This document shows positions 1 to 9,997 of a stretch of DNA of 64,000 bases, in pieces. The notes beneath the pieces were generated by a model, which was given only the letters and a program-made list of their open reading frames with translations, was not told where the DNA came from and did not search any database. Position 1 is the stretch's first letter. Each line of letters starts with the position of its first letter. The translations under genes and the position numbers were made by a program. The stretch spans positions 69,135 to 133,134 of the forward strand of contig CAWHBL010000008.1 of assembly GCA_963827555.1 (NCBI GenBank). The letters run 5' to 3'. This stretch comes from an uncultured beta proteobacterium. GTDB taxonomy: Bacteria > Pseudomonadota > Gammaproteobacteria > Burkholderiales > SG8-39.

Positions 1-294
1 TGGAACTCGGGGCAGCTCAGCCGCTACGAGCCGAAGACCGGGCAATGGGCGCAGTGGAAGGCGCCGGGCGAGAACCCGCGCGTGTACGCGGTGTACGTCG
101 ACGAGACCGACCGGGTCTGGGCCTCGGAATGGACGTCGCAGACGATGCTGCGGTTCGACCCGGCGACGCAGAAATTCGAGTCGTTCAAGTCGTCGACGAG
201 CCTTGCGAACGTGCGCCAGATCCACGGCCGCAAGGGCGAGGTCTGGACGCCCGAGTCGGCCGCCGACAAGCTCGTCGTCTACCGTTACCGGTGA
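1..294 (+). CDS. C-terminal fragment of a Vgb (streptogramin lyase)-like beta-propeller protein; the gene starts upstream of the window
   Basis: Frame 1 is open from base 1 to TGA at 292-294. The tail VYVDETDRVWASEW...LRFDPATQKFESF...VRQIHGRKGEVWTPESAADKLVVYR resembles repeated propeller blades. Codons are GC3-rich. Confidence 0.5.
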   Translation, partial: WNSGQLSRYEPKTGQWAQWKAPGENPRVYAVYVDETDRVWASEWTSQTMLRFDPATQKFESFKSSTSLANVRQIHGRKGEVWTPESAADKLVVYRYR

Positions 295-298
295 TTCG

Positions 299-1171
299 CT
301 AGCGGTCGAAGCCGTAGAGCTTCGCGGCGTTGCCCGCAAACAGCGGTGCGCGCACCGCGTCGTTCGGCAGCCAGCCCTCGAGCAGATCGAGGAGGTCGGT
401 GTCGTTCGGCATGAACGCGGTGAGCCCCGGGTGCGGCCAGTTGGTGCCCCACACGCAGCGGTCCGGCCGCTCGGCGAGCAGCGTCTGCACGAACGGCCGC
501 ATGTCGTCGAAGTGCGGCGGCCCGCTGTCCGAGAGCCGGTAGAAGCTCGAGATCTTCGTCCAGCAGTCGTCGCGCTCCGCGAGCAGACGCCGGATCACCG
601 CGAACCCGGGCGCGTTCACCCCCTCGCCGCCGCGCACTCTGCCCATGTGATCGAACACGAGCGGCACCGGGCACCGGCGGAGCCGCGGCTCGAGCTCGAC
701 CCAGTCGGCGCTCTTTGCGATGTTGATCTCGATGTGCCAGCCGAGCGGCGCGACGCGGCGAGCGATGTCTTCCAGCATCGCGGTGGTCGCGCCCGTCGCG
801 AACTGGTCCATCAGCCGCGCCGCGCGGAAGCCGCCGGCGGCGAGGCGCTTCAGCTCGGCGTCGCCCGTCTCCGGGCCGATCGCCGCGACGCCGACGAAGC
901 GCCCCGGATGCTCGCGCAGGAAATCGTACGTGATCGAGTTGTCGTAGCCGTACGGGCTGCCGTGCACCTGCACGCCGCGCGCGACGCCGAGCCGCGCGTG
1001 GAGAGCGAGCCACGCCTCGCGCGCGCAGAGCGGCGGCGAATACTTGCGCGCGGCGGCGAGCGGGTAGCGGTCGAAGCGGTCGAAGATGTGCGCGTGACAG
1101 TCGACGGTGCCGGGCGGCAGCGCGCGCTTCGGCGCGCGCGGGGCCGAGTCCGGCGGCAGGGTCGCCGTCAT
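299..1171 (-). CDS. Amidohydrolase-2 family metal-dependent hydrolase (LigI/ACMSD-like lactonase or decarboxylase family)
   Basis: ORF 299..1210 carries VDCHAHIFD (D-x-H-x-H metal motif), FDHMGR and WGTNWPHP. Start placed at ATG 1169-1171 (MTATLPP), which forms an ATGA overlap with the stop of the upstream TctC gene. Confidence 0.8.
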   Translation of the reverse strand: MTATLPPDSAPRAPKRALPPGTVDCHAHIFDRFDRYPLAAARKYSPPLCAREAWLALHARLGVARGVQVHGSPYGYDNSITYDFLREHPGRFVGVAAIGPETGDAELKRLAAGGFRAARLMDQFATGATTAMLEDIARRVAPLGWHIEINIAKSADWVELEPRLRRCPVPLVFDHMGRVRGGEGVNAPGFAVIRRLLAERDDCWTKISSFYRLSDSGPPHFDDMRPFVQTLLAERPDRCVWGTNWPHPGLTAFMPNDTDLLDLLEGWLPNDAVRAPLFAGNAAKLYGFDR

Positions 1172-2130
1172 TCGACGACGATGTTGGCGTCGCGCGCGAC
1201 CGTGCGCCACTTCTCGAAATCGGTGCGCACGTAGGCGGCGAACTCAGCCTGGCTGAGCTCGGCGATGTCCACGCCCATCGAGCGGAAGCGCTCGCGCACG
1301 GCGTCGTTCGCGAGCGCCCTGCGCAGCGCGCCGTACAGCTTCTCCGCGACCGCGGGCGGAATGCCGGCCGGGCCGAAGAGGCCGGTGAAGGTGCTCGCCT
1401 CGTAGCCCGCGACGCCCAGCTCGTCGAGCGTGGGCACGTTCGGGAGCGACGGCGAGCGGCTGCGCGACGTGACCGCGAGCGCCTTCATGCGCCCGTCCCG
1501 GATGTGCCCGATCGAGGCGTTCAGCTGGTCCATCATGGTCTCGACCTGGCTGCCGAGGAGGTCGGTGATCGCCGGGCCGCTGCCCTTGTACGGGACGTGG
1601 ACGAGCTGGAGCTTCGCCTGGCGCATCAGCAGCTCGATCGCGAGGTGGTTCGACGAGCCGTTGCCGGCCGAGGCGATGCTCACCTGGCCGGGCTTCGTGC
1701 GCGAGTAGGCGACGAACTCCGCGAAGGTCGCGACCGGTGTCTTGGTCGCGGCGGTGAGCACCAGCGGCACGAACTGGATCGCGCCGATCGTCGTCAGGTC
1801 CTTGAGCGGGTCGTAGGCGATCGTCTTGAACACGGCCGGCGCGACCGTGACCGTGCCGCTGGAGCCGAGCAGCAGCGTGTAGCCGTCGGCTGGCGACTTC
1901 ACGACGGCGGTGCTGCCGATCGTCCCGCCGGCGCCGGCCCGGTTCTCCACGATCACCTGCTGGCCGAGCGCCTCGCCGAGCGCCGGGGCGATCGTGCGCG
2001 CGGTGATGTCGACATTTCCGCTCGGCGGCCAGGGGACGACGATCCGGACCGCGCGGTTCGGGAATTCCTGAGCTGTGACAGTTGTTGACAGCAGCGCGAG
2101 TGCGAGGACGGGCACGAAGCGTTGCATCAT
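1168..2130 (-). CDS. Bug/TctC-family periplasmic solute receptor of the tripartite tricarboxylate transporter family; orphan, no TctAB partner adjacent
   Basis: Signal peptide MMQRFVPVLALALLSTTVTAQ. Motifs RIVVPWPPSG, ENRAGAGGTIG, PADGYTLLL, VPYKGSGPA. Start at the internal MMQRF rather than the ORF-track start. Confidence 0.85.
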   Translation of the reverse strand: MMQRFVPVLALALLSTTVTAQEFPNRAVRIVVPWPPSGNVDITARTIAPALGEALGQQVIVENRAGAGGTIGSTAVVKSPADGYTLLLGSSGTVTVAPAVFKTIAYDPLKDLTTIGAIQFVPLVLTAATKTPVATFAEFVAYSRTKPGQVSIASAGNGSSNHLAIELLMRQAKLQLVHVPYKGSGPAITDLLGSQVETMMDQLNASIGHIRDGRMKALAVTSRSRSPSLPNVPTLDELGVAGYEASTFTGLFGPAGIPPAVAEKLYGALRRALANDAVRERFRSMGVDIAELSQAEFAAYVRTDFEKWRTVARDANIVVE

Positions 2131-2266
2131 CTCTCCTCCCGGTTGGCGGCGGCGCCGACGATACCGCATCTCGCGGGGGGGGCGCCGGCATCGCGAAAAT
2201 CGAGCGGCTCGTGTTCGAGCGGCTGCTGCCGCCGGTCGCCGGCGTCGCGGCGCGCAAGCCGCCGGA

Positions 2267-2878
2267 TCAGGCGACCGGAACCGTCGCGCGCATCGACTCG
2301 CGCTTGGAAAACGCTTCGTACCAGCGCGCGAGCGCCGGGCGCGAGGGGCGCCAGTCGTCGTCGCCGTAGCGGAAGTCGAGCCAGCCGAGCGCGCACCCGG
2401 CGGTGATGCTGCCGATCGTCGGCTCGCCGGCGAGAGCGGCGCTCTCGCGCTCGAGGAGATCGAGCCCGGCCTGCCACTTCTCGCGCTGGCCGCTCTTCCA
2501 GTCCGCCCACCGCAGCTCCTGCGGCCGGAGGATCGTCTCGTAGCGCGTCAGGATCCCGGCGTCGAGGATGCCGTCGCCGACCGCCTGCAGCTTGAGCGCC
2601 GTCCAGCGCGCCTCGCCCGGCGGCGGGAAGAGCTTCCGCCCCGCGTGCAGGCTGTCGAGGTACTCGCAGATCACCGGCGAATCGAACAGCGCCGAGCCGT
2701 CGTCGAGCACGAGCGTCGGCACTTTCATGAGCGGGTTCGCGCGGCCGACCTCGGCGTTCGCCTTGACCGGCGACACGGTGGCCGGGACTTCCTCGACCCG
2801 CGCGGCGAGCCCGGTCTCGCGGGCGACGACGCGCGCCTTGCGGGCGAAGGGGGATTGGGGGCTGATGTAGAGCTTCAT
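2267..2878 (-). CDS. Glutathione S-transferase
   Basis: 203-aa ORF. Thioredoxin-like G-site: MKLYISPQSPFARKARV, KVPTLVLDDGSALFDSPVICEYL. Helical C-terminal domain. Confidence 0.85.
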   Translation of the reverse strand: MKLYISPQSPFARKARVVARETGLAARVEEVPATVSPVKANAEVGRANPLMKVPTLVLDDGSALFDSPVICEYLDSLHAGRKLFPPPGEARWTALKLQAVGDGILDAGILTRYETILRPQELRWADWKSGQREKWQAGLDLLERESAALAGEPTIGSITAGCALGWLDFRYGDDDWRPSRPALARWYEAFSKRESMRATVPVA

Positions 2879-2890
2879 CGACGTTGTCCT

Positions 2891-3844
2891 CTAGTTCTTG
2901 ATCATGCCTATGCGCTTCAGGATCTCGGTATGCAGCTTGTATTCCCGCCACAGGTCCGCGCGGAGCTGGGTTCCCGGGCGGTAGTCGACCTCGATGCCGC
3001 GGGCCGCCATCGCCTCGCGGAACGCGGGCTCTTCCATCGCCGCGCGCGCGGCGTCGTGCAGGTACGCGAGCACCGGCGCCGGCGTGCCCTTGGGCGCGGC
3101 GAGCAGGAACCAGACGCCGTTCGCCACGTCCCAGCCGAGCTCCTTCGCCGTCGGCGTGTCCGGGAAGAGGGGATGCCGCTTCTCCTGGAAGACCATCAGC
3201 AGCCGCATGCGCTTGCCGTCGACCTGCGGCTTCACTTCGCCCGGCTGGGCGACGACCGCCTCGATGTGCCCGCCGAGCAGCGCCGGGGACGATTGTCCCC
3301 AGCCGCCGAACGGCACGTGCGTCACCTGGATCCCGGCCTTGGACATCAGCTCCTCCAGGTTCAAGTGGCTCGAGGTGCCTTCGCCGGGCGAACCGACCCG
3401 GAGCTTGCCCGGGTTCGCCTTCGCCTCGGCGACGAAGTCCGGCCCGTTCTTCAACGGCGATTCGCTGCGCACGGCGAGCATCGGGTAGTACGACACGAGG
3501 TTGATGAAGGGCTCGTAGTCGTCGGGCGTCTTGTACGCGACCTCGGTCACCTGCGGCACGATCACGAGCGCGGAGAGCGGCGTGAGGATGATGGTGTAGC
3601 CGTCGGGCTTCGCGCGGACCGTTTCGGCCATGCCGACGCCGCCGCCGGCCCCCGGCCGGTTCACCACGACGACCCCGGCGGGATAGCGCTTCTTCATCCC
3701 CTCGGCCATCACGCGCGCGACGATGTCCACCATCCCGCCGGCGGGGTAGCCCGCGATGATGGTAAGCGGACGGTCCGGGTACTGCGCCAGCGCGGGCAGG
3801 GCGACGAAGAGCGCGAGAGCGGCGAGCATCAAGCTGCGGATCAT
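2891..3844 (-). CDS. Bug/TctC-family periplasmic solute receptor (orphan)
   Basis: C-terminal 317 aa of ORF 2891..4747: MIRSLMLAALALFVALPALAQYPDRPLTIIAGYPAGG..., NRPGAGGGVG, KPDGYTIIL. The ATG at 3842-3844 overlaps the stop of the upstream gene as ATGA. Confidence 0.85.
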   Translation of the reverse strand: MIRSLMLAALALFVALPALAQYPDRPLTIIAGYPAGGMVDIVARVMAEGMKKRYPAGVVVVNRPGAGGGVGMAETVRAKPDGYTIILTPLSALVIVPQVTEVAYKTPDDYEPFINLVSYYPMLAVRSESPLKNGPDFVAEAKANPGKLRVGSPGEGTSSHLNLEELMSKAGIQVTHVPFGGWGQSSPALLGGHIEAVVAQPGEVKPQVDGKRMRLLMVFQEKRHPLFPDTPTAKELGWDVANGVWFLLAAPKGTPAPVLAYLHDAARAAMEEPAFREAMAARGIEVDYRPGTQLRADLWREYKLHTEILKRIGMIKN

Positions 3845-4986
3845 GACGTTTCCTCCTCGGTAAGCGGCACGTTCCAGGCATCGTAGCCGTAGAGCCACGC
3901 CGTGTCGCCCTCGGCGCGGTGCAGCCAGGTGTTGGCGCTCGAGATCGCCTGGATCCGCGACGTGCGCGGCTTGCGGTGCCCCTCGTAGCGTGCGAACGCG
4001 CCTTCGATGCCCGCGCCGCCCGACTCCGCGAGGCAGCGCGCGAGGACCGCGGCGTCCTCGATCGCGGTGGCCGCGCCCTGCGCCATGTACGGCGTCATCG
4101 GATGGCAGGCGTCGCCGAGCAGCACGACCCGGCCGTCGCTCCAGCGCGCGAGCGGCTCGCGCTCGAGGATCGCCCACTTGTGGCAGTCGGGACACGCGTC
4201 GAGCACAGCGCGCACGTCGGCGTGGAATCCGGCGTACGCCGCGCGCACCTCCCGCACGTCGCCCTTCGCCGACCACGACTCGCGCGTCAGCCACTCCACC
4301 GGCTCGGGGACGCTGGTGACGAAATACACCTCGTCGCGCGCGGCGGTGGTGTAGTAGATGACGATGTGGCGGTCGGTTCCCCACCACTTGGTGCGGGACG
4401 GCCCGATGTCGCGTCCGACCAGCGCCGCGGGGAAGACCGCGCGATAGGCGATGCGGCCCTTCCACTGCGGGTCGTCGCGGCCGAGCAGGAGCTCGCGCAC
4501 GGTCGAGTGGACGCCGTCCGCGCCGACCACCGCGTCGGCGGTGGCGCGCGTGCCGTCGGCGAAGGCGAGCGTCACCCCGTTCGCGCGCGGCTCGAGGCCG
4601 ACGAGCTTCTTCCCCAGCTCGACGAGCTCCGGCCGCACCGCCGACGCGAGCGCGTCGTGCAGCGTCGCCCGGTGCATGCAGAGATACGGCGCCCCGTAGA
4701 GGCTCTCGGGCATCGGCAGCTCGTTGGTCACCTCGCCGGTGTCCCACGTGCGGTTGAGGTGCGAGCGCGGCGCGAACGCAATCCCGCGCAGCCGCTCCTC
4801 CAGGCCGAGGCCGCGCAGCACCTTCATCGAGTTCGGCATCATCTGGATGCCCGCGCCGACGCGCGCGAAGCGGCTCGCCTGCTCGTAGACGCGTACCCGG
4901 AAGCCGGCGCGCGCGAGCGTCGCCGCGGCGGCAAGACCGCCCATGCCGGCGCCGACGACCGCGATCGACAGTCCGCCTGCCGCCAT
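3841..4986 (-). CDS. FAD-dependent aromatic-ring monooxygenase (salicylate hydroxylase / 3-hydroxybenzoate 6-hydroxylase / NicC-like family)
   Basis: MAAGGLSIAVVGAGMGGLAAAATLARAGFRVRVYEQ (GxGxxG), ADGVHSTVR, LLGDACHPMTPYMAQGAATAIEDA. Its start shares one base with the stop of the upstream TctC gene. Confidence 0.85.
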   Translation of the reverse strand: MAAGGLSIAVVGAGMGGLAAAATLARAGFRVRVYEQASRFARVGAGIQMMPNSMKVLRGLGLEERLRGIAFAPRSHLNRTWDTGEVTNELPMPESLYGAPYLCMHRATLHDALASAVRPELVELGKKLVGLEPRANGVTLAFADGTRATADAVVGADGVHSTVRELLLGRDDPQWKGRIAYRAVFPAALVGRDIGPSRTKWWGTDRHIVIYYTTAARDEVYFVTSVPEPVEWLTRESWSAKGDVREVRAAYAGFHADVRAVLDACPDCHKWAILEREPLARWSDGRVVLLGDACHPMTPYMAQGAATAIEDAAVLARCLAESGGAGIEGAFARYEGHRKPRTSRIQAISSANTWLHRAEGDTAWLYGYDAWNVPLTEEETS

Positions 4987-5966
4987 CAATCGATCCTGAA
5001 GCCGCTCGCCTTGACGATCGGCGTCCAGCGCGCGATCTCGTCGCGGATGAACCGTGCCGCCTGGTCGGGGCTCGAGCCGGCGACCATCTCGGCGCCGGCC
5101 CGCTCGAGGTCCTGGGCGAACGACGGTTCGGCCTTGGCTTTCACCGTCGCCTGATGCAGGGCGTCGACGATCGGCGGCGGCGTGCCGGCCGGCGCGAAGA
5201 TCGCGTTGAAGACGACCACCTTGAGCTCCGGCATTCCCGACTCGATCGCCGTCGGGAGCTCGGGCGCCGCCTTGAGGCGCGTTTCGCCGTTCACCGCGAG
5301 GATGCGGATGCGTCCCGCGCGATGGTGCGCGAGCACCGACGAGCTGAGGATCAGCGTCGCGACCGCGATGTGCCCGGCGATGAGGTCCTGCACCGCCGGC
5401 CCGCCGCCCTTGTACGGAACGTGCGTCAGGTCGAGACCGCCGGCGGCGAGCTTGAAGAGCTCCCCGGTCATGTTGGTGATCGTGCCGGCGCCGGCCGAGC
5501 CGTACGAATACTTGCCGGGATTGGCCTTCACCAGCGCCACGAGCTCCTGCACGTTCCGCGCCGGAACCGACGGGTGCACCAGGATGGAGGTCGGCGTCGT
5601 GCTGACGATCCCGATCGGCACGAAGTCCCGCACCGGGTCGTACGACGGGTTCGCCATCGCCGCCGGGTTGATCACGTGCGTCGTCGTGGTGCCGCTCAGG
5701 AGGGTGTAGCCGTCGGGCTTCGCGCGGGCGACCTCGGCCGTCGCCACCGCGCCGCCGCCGCCCGGCCGGTTCTCCACGACGAAACCGCCACCGAGCTGCG
5801 GCGCGACCTTCTGCGCCCAGAGGCGCCCGATGATGTCGGTCTCGCCGCCAGGCGCGAACGGCACGACGAGCCGCACTGGCCGGTCGGGGTACTTCTCCTG
5901 TCCATGGGCGACGAGCGGCATGGCGAGCGCCGCCGCTGCGAAGCGCAACAAGTCGCGTCTCTTCAT
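4986..5966 (-). CDS. Bug/TctC-family periplasmic solute receptor (orphan)
   Basis: [73 protein letters not shown]. Start at the internal MKRRDLL (Tat/Sec-like leader). Confidence 0.85.
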   Translation of the reverse strand: MKRRDLLRFAAAALAMPLVAHGQEKYPDRPVRLVVPFAPGGETDIIGRLWAQKVAPQLGGGFVVENRPGGGGAVATAEVARAKPDGYTLLSGTTTTHVINPAAMANPSYDPVRDFVPIGIVSTTPTSILVHPSVPARNVQELVALVKANPGKYSYGSAGAGTITNMTGELFKLAAGGLDLTHVPYKGGGPAVQDLIAGHIAVATLILSSSVLAHHRAGRIRILAVNGETRLKAAPELPTAIESGMPELKVVVFNAIFAPAGTPPPIVDALHQATVKAKAEPSFAQDLERAGAEMVAGSSPDQAARFIRDEIARWTPIVKASGFRID

Positions 5967-6100
5967 TGCGGCCTGCCGGTCGAAACCCGCGGCATCGTAC
6001 CAAGCCGTCCGCGGCCGGGATAGCGGCGGCGAGGTGGTGCGTCGCAACCGCCGGAAAGCCCCTACACTAGGCGCAAAGACCCAGGACGGAGGAAGAGGCC

Positions 6101-7061
6101 ATGAGGAGACTGCTGCTCGCCGCGGTCGCGCTCGTCGCGACGGAAGCGATGGCGCAGACCGCGTTTCCGACGCGCCCGGTCACGCTCATCGTCGGGTTCG
6201 CGCCCGGCGGCGGGACCGACATCGCGGCGCGCATCGTGGCGAAGCAGCTCGCCGCCGATCTCGGGCAGCAGGTGATCGTCGAGAACCGCCCCGGCGCCGG
6301 CGGGAACATCGCGACCGACGATGGTTGCCCGCGCCACGCCGGACGGCCACACGATCGCGCTCGCCTCGATCGGCTCGCTTTCCGTCGCGCCGTACCTCGT
6401 CGCGAAGCTGCCCTACGACCCGCGGCGCGACCTCGCGCCGCTCACCAAGGGCGTGAGCTTCGCGAACGTCCTGGTCGTGCATCCGTCGGTCCCGGCGACG
6501 ACCATCGCCGAGTTCGTCGCCCTCGCGCGCGCGAAGCCGGGCACGATCGGCTACGCCACCTCGGGCATCGGCAGCGCCGGGCATCTCTCCGGCGAGCTGT
6601 TCCGGCAGCTGGCGAAGATCGACATCGTGCACGTGCCCTACAAGGGCGGCGGGCCGGCGATGACCGACCTCCTCGGGGGACAGGTGCTCGCGAGCTTCGC
6701 GTCGGCGCCGTCCGCGCTCCCGCACGTCAAGTCGGGGAAGATCCGGGCGCTCGCGACCACCGGCGCGACGCGCTCTGCGTTCCTGCCCGACGTGCCGACG
6801 ATCGCCGAATCGGGCTTTCCCGGCTACGACTCGACCAACTGGTACGCGTTCGTCGCTCCGGGCAGGACCCCGCGGGAGCTCGTCGACCGCCTCAACCGCG
6901 ACCTCGTCAAGGCGCTCGGCGCGCCGGAGGTGAGGGAGCAGCTGCTGAACAACGGCATGGAGCCCGAGCCCTCGACGCCCGAGGCGCTCGCGCAGCACAT
7001 CGACAGCCAGCTCGTGCTGTGGGGCCGGGTGGTAAAGGAGGCGGGGATCCAGGCGCAGTGA
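6101..7061 (+). CDS. Bug/TctC-family solute receptor, interrupted by one frame change as read
   Basis: Two ORF pieces make one full-length receptor. Piece 1 from 6101: [41 protein letters not shown]...[13 protein letters not shown]. Piece 2 is 6321..7061: [14 protein letters not shown]...[16 protein letters not shown]. The frame changes near 6312-6320. Confidence 0.75.
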
Positions 7062-7067
7062 GCGCCG

Positions 7068-8050
7068 TTACCCCGCCGTGACGACGATCTTTCCGACCTG
7101 CGCGTCCGACTCCATGTAGGCCTTCGCCGCCGGCAGGTCGGCGAGGGTGAACGCCTTGTCCACGACCGGGCGGATCCGGCCGTCGGCGAGCGCGGGCAGG
7201 ACGTCGCGAACGAAGCCGGCGACCGTCTCCGCGCGCTGCGGCGCGGTGCGCAGCTTGTTCGACACGCCGAAGAGCCGCAGCCGCTTCGAGTGCAGCGCCT
7301 CGAGGTCGATCTCGCTCCGCATCACGCCGTCGACGTAGCCGACGGTCGCGAGCCGGCCGCGGAAAGCGAGCGCGCGGACGCACTCCGCGAAGACCGTGCC
7401 GCCGACCGCGTTAACCGCGAGGTCGGCGCCTTTGCCGTCCGTCGCCTTCAGCACCGCGTCGAGAAACCCGCCGCCGCGGGCCTGGATGCCGACGTCGAGC
7501 CCGAGCGGCCGCAGCCGGTCGAGCTTCGCCGCCGACCCCGACGTGCCGATGACGCTCGCGCCGACGAGCTTGCCGAGCTGCACCGAAGCGACGCCGACGC
7601 CCGAGGAGGCGCCCATGACGAGCAGCCACTCGCCGGCCGCGAGGTTGCCGCCCGGGTAGAGCATGTCGTAGCCCACGAGGTAGACGAGCGGCGTCGCCGC
7701 CGCTTCCTCCCAGGACAGCCGACTCCGGCACCGCCATCGCCTCGCGCGCGTCGAGGAGCGCCTGCTCGGCGAAGCCGCCGGGGGCCCGGCCCATCACGCG
7801 ATCGCCGGGCCGGAAGGCGGTGACGCCGTCGCCGACCTCGATCACCTCGCCGGCGCACTCCTGGCCAGCCGGCTTCGCCGCGGCGCCCGGGGCGTGCAGG
7901 CCGAGCGCGGCGATGAACTCGCCGCGGTTCAGCGCCGGCTGCGCGCACTCGCACCAGGATCTGTCCCGCGGCGGGCTTTGGCGCCGCAACATCGCGCTGC
8001 TCGAGAACTGTCGTTCGCCGCGCGTCGGAGCGGATCCACCAGGATTTCAT
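7068..8050 (-). CDS. NADPH:quinone oxidoreductase (MDR superfamily), interrupted by two frame changes as read
   Basis: Three frame pieces. First MKSWWIRS...[12 protein letters not shown]. Then [16 protein letters not shown]...[28 protein letters not shown]. Then [25 protein letters not shown]...[22 protein letters not shown]. Frame changes near 7932 and near 7719 (an extra C in a CC run). Confidence 0.75.
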
Positions 8051-8151
8051 CGTCCCACCTCCCACGCCGCGCATCCTAACGCGAGTGGGCTACAATCGAT
8101 TGCATAGCCCCCGCGGCGCGGGGGCAGACGAAAACACCAAAGGAGGAACTC

Positions 8152-9387
8152 ATGCGGCACACGTCCGTCCCGACCCGCGCCTCGCTCGCTATCCTGACCG
8201 CGCTCGCGCTCGCGGGTCCGCATACGCCCAGGACAAGAAGCCGGCGCCGCCGCCGGCGTGGCACCAGGGCAAGCCGCCAGCCATGTCGGACTCCAAGCTC
8301 GCGCCGCACGCGGGCAAGATGACCGAGACTTCGCGCGGCGAGGTCCCGGTCGACAAGATCAACCTGCCGCCGGGGTTCTCGGTCCAGATCTGGGCGACCG
8401 GCCTGCCGGGCGGGCGCGCGATGGCCCGCGGCGACCAGGGCAAGATCTACGTCGGCACGCGGATCATCGGCCGGGTGTACGAGGTCACCGACAACGGCGA
8501 CCGGCGGTCGGTGCGGGTCGTCGCCGACAAGCTCACCCAGCCCGCGGGCGTCGCGTTCGCGAACGGCTCGCTCTACGTGATGGCGATCAACCGGGTGCTG
8601 CGCTACGACGGCATCGAGAGCAACCCGAACGTCCAGCCGGTCGACCTCACCGACAAGTTCCAGCTGCCGCCCGAGCAGCACCACAACTGGAAGTACATCC
8701 GGTTCGGCCCCGACAAGAAGCTCTACGTCCCGTTCGGCGCGCCGTGCAACATCTGCGAGCCGCCGCCGCAGTACGCGCAGATCCGGCGCTACAACCCCGA
8801 CGGCTCCGGCATGGAGGTCATCGCGCGCGGGATCCGCAACTCGGTCGGCTTCGACTGGCATCCGAAGACCGGCGAGCTGTGGTTCACCGACCACGGCCGC
8901 GACTGGATGGGCGACGACGGCCCGCAGGACGAGCTGAACCGGCTGTCGAAGCCCGGCGCGTTCTTCGGCTTCCCGTACTGCCACGCGCAGGGCGTGCCCG
9001 ACGCGGACTTCAAGAAGGCCGACGCGTGCAAGGACGTCACCAAGCCGGTGGCGCTGATGGGACCGCACGCGGCCGCGATGGGCGTGCTAGTTCTACACCG
9101 GCAACATGTTCCCGGCCGAGTACAAGGACACGCTGTTCGTCGCGCGCAGGGGCTCGTGGAACCGCTCGAAGCCGTTCGGGTTCGACGTCGTGAACATCAG
9201 GGTCGGCGCCGACGGCAAGAACCCGAAGATCACGCCGTTCATGACCGGCTTCATCGATGCCAAGGACGGCAAGTACGACTTCTGGGGCCGGCCGGCGTAC
9301 CTGCTGCAGATGCCCGACGGCGCGCTGCTCGTGTCCGACGAGCAGAACGGGACGATCTTCCGGGTGAGCTACTCGGCCAAGAACTAC
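8152..9387 (+). CDS. PQQ-dependent soluble sugar (glucose/sorbosone) dehydrogenase, at least two frame changes as read; 3' end unresolved
   Basis: RBS AGGAGG at 8141-8146 and ATG at 8152. Signal peptide MRHTSVPTRASLAILTALALAG, then a frame change in a GGG run near 8214 into AYAQDKKPAPPP. Body motifs: HNWKYIRFGPDKKLYVPFGAPCN, GIRNSVGFDWHPKTGELWFTDHGRDWMGDDGPQDELN. Second frame change near 9087 into FYTGNMFPAEYKDTLFVARRGSWNRS. No in-frame stop occurs before the cytochrome c region. Confidence 0.65.
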
Positions 9388-9958
9388 GTGGCGGCAAGGC
9401 TTCACCGCGGGGCGGTGGGCGCTCGCCACCGCCCTTTTTGTTTCCGTCGCGTCGGCCCAGGACCGCCTCGCGCTCTGCGACGCCTGCCACGGCGCCGGCG
9501 GCGTCTCGCAGACCGCCGGGACGCCGTCGATCGCCGGGCAGCCGAAGGTCTTCCTCGAGACGCAGCTCGTCCTGTTCCGCGAGGGGCTGCGCGTCTCGCC
9601 GCCGATGCAGGCGGCGGTGAACGGCCTGACCGACAAGGAGATCGTGCGTCTCGCCGACCACTACACGGCGCAGCCGGCGCGGCCGGTCGCCGACGGACCG
9701 GCCGACGCGGCGCAGGTCAAGCAGGGGGTGGCGTACGCGCAGAAGCAGCATTGCGGGAGCTGCCACCTGCCGGACTACCGCGGGCGCCAGCAGATCCCGC
9801 GCCTCGCCGGCCAGCGCGAGGAGTATCTCGTCGAATCGATGCTCGCCTACCGCGACAACCGACGCACCGGCGGCGACACCATCATGGCGGCGGCGCTCTA
9901 CGGCGCGTCTGACGCCGAGATCCGGGCACTGGCCCATTACCTGGCGCGCCTGCCTTAG
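9388..9958 (+). CDS. Dihaem c-type cytochrome (c4-like); either a separate gene with one frame change near its 5' end or a C-terminal domain of the dehydrogenase
   Basis: The frame from about 9419 reads ALATALFVSVASAQDRLALCDACHGAGG (CxxCH 1) ... QKQHCGSCHLPDYRG (CxxCH 2), with the stop at 9956-9958. That frame has no start codon. A plausible GTG at 9388 lies in another frame. Confidence 0.55.
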
Positions 9959-9997
9959 CGGACCGGGGTCGGGGGCTCGGGCGAGTAAACTCGCACG

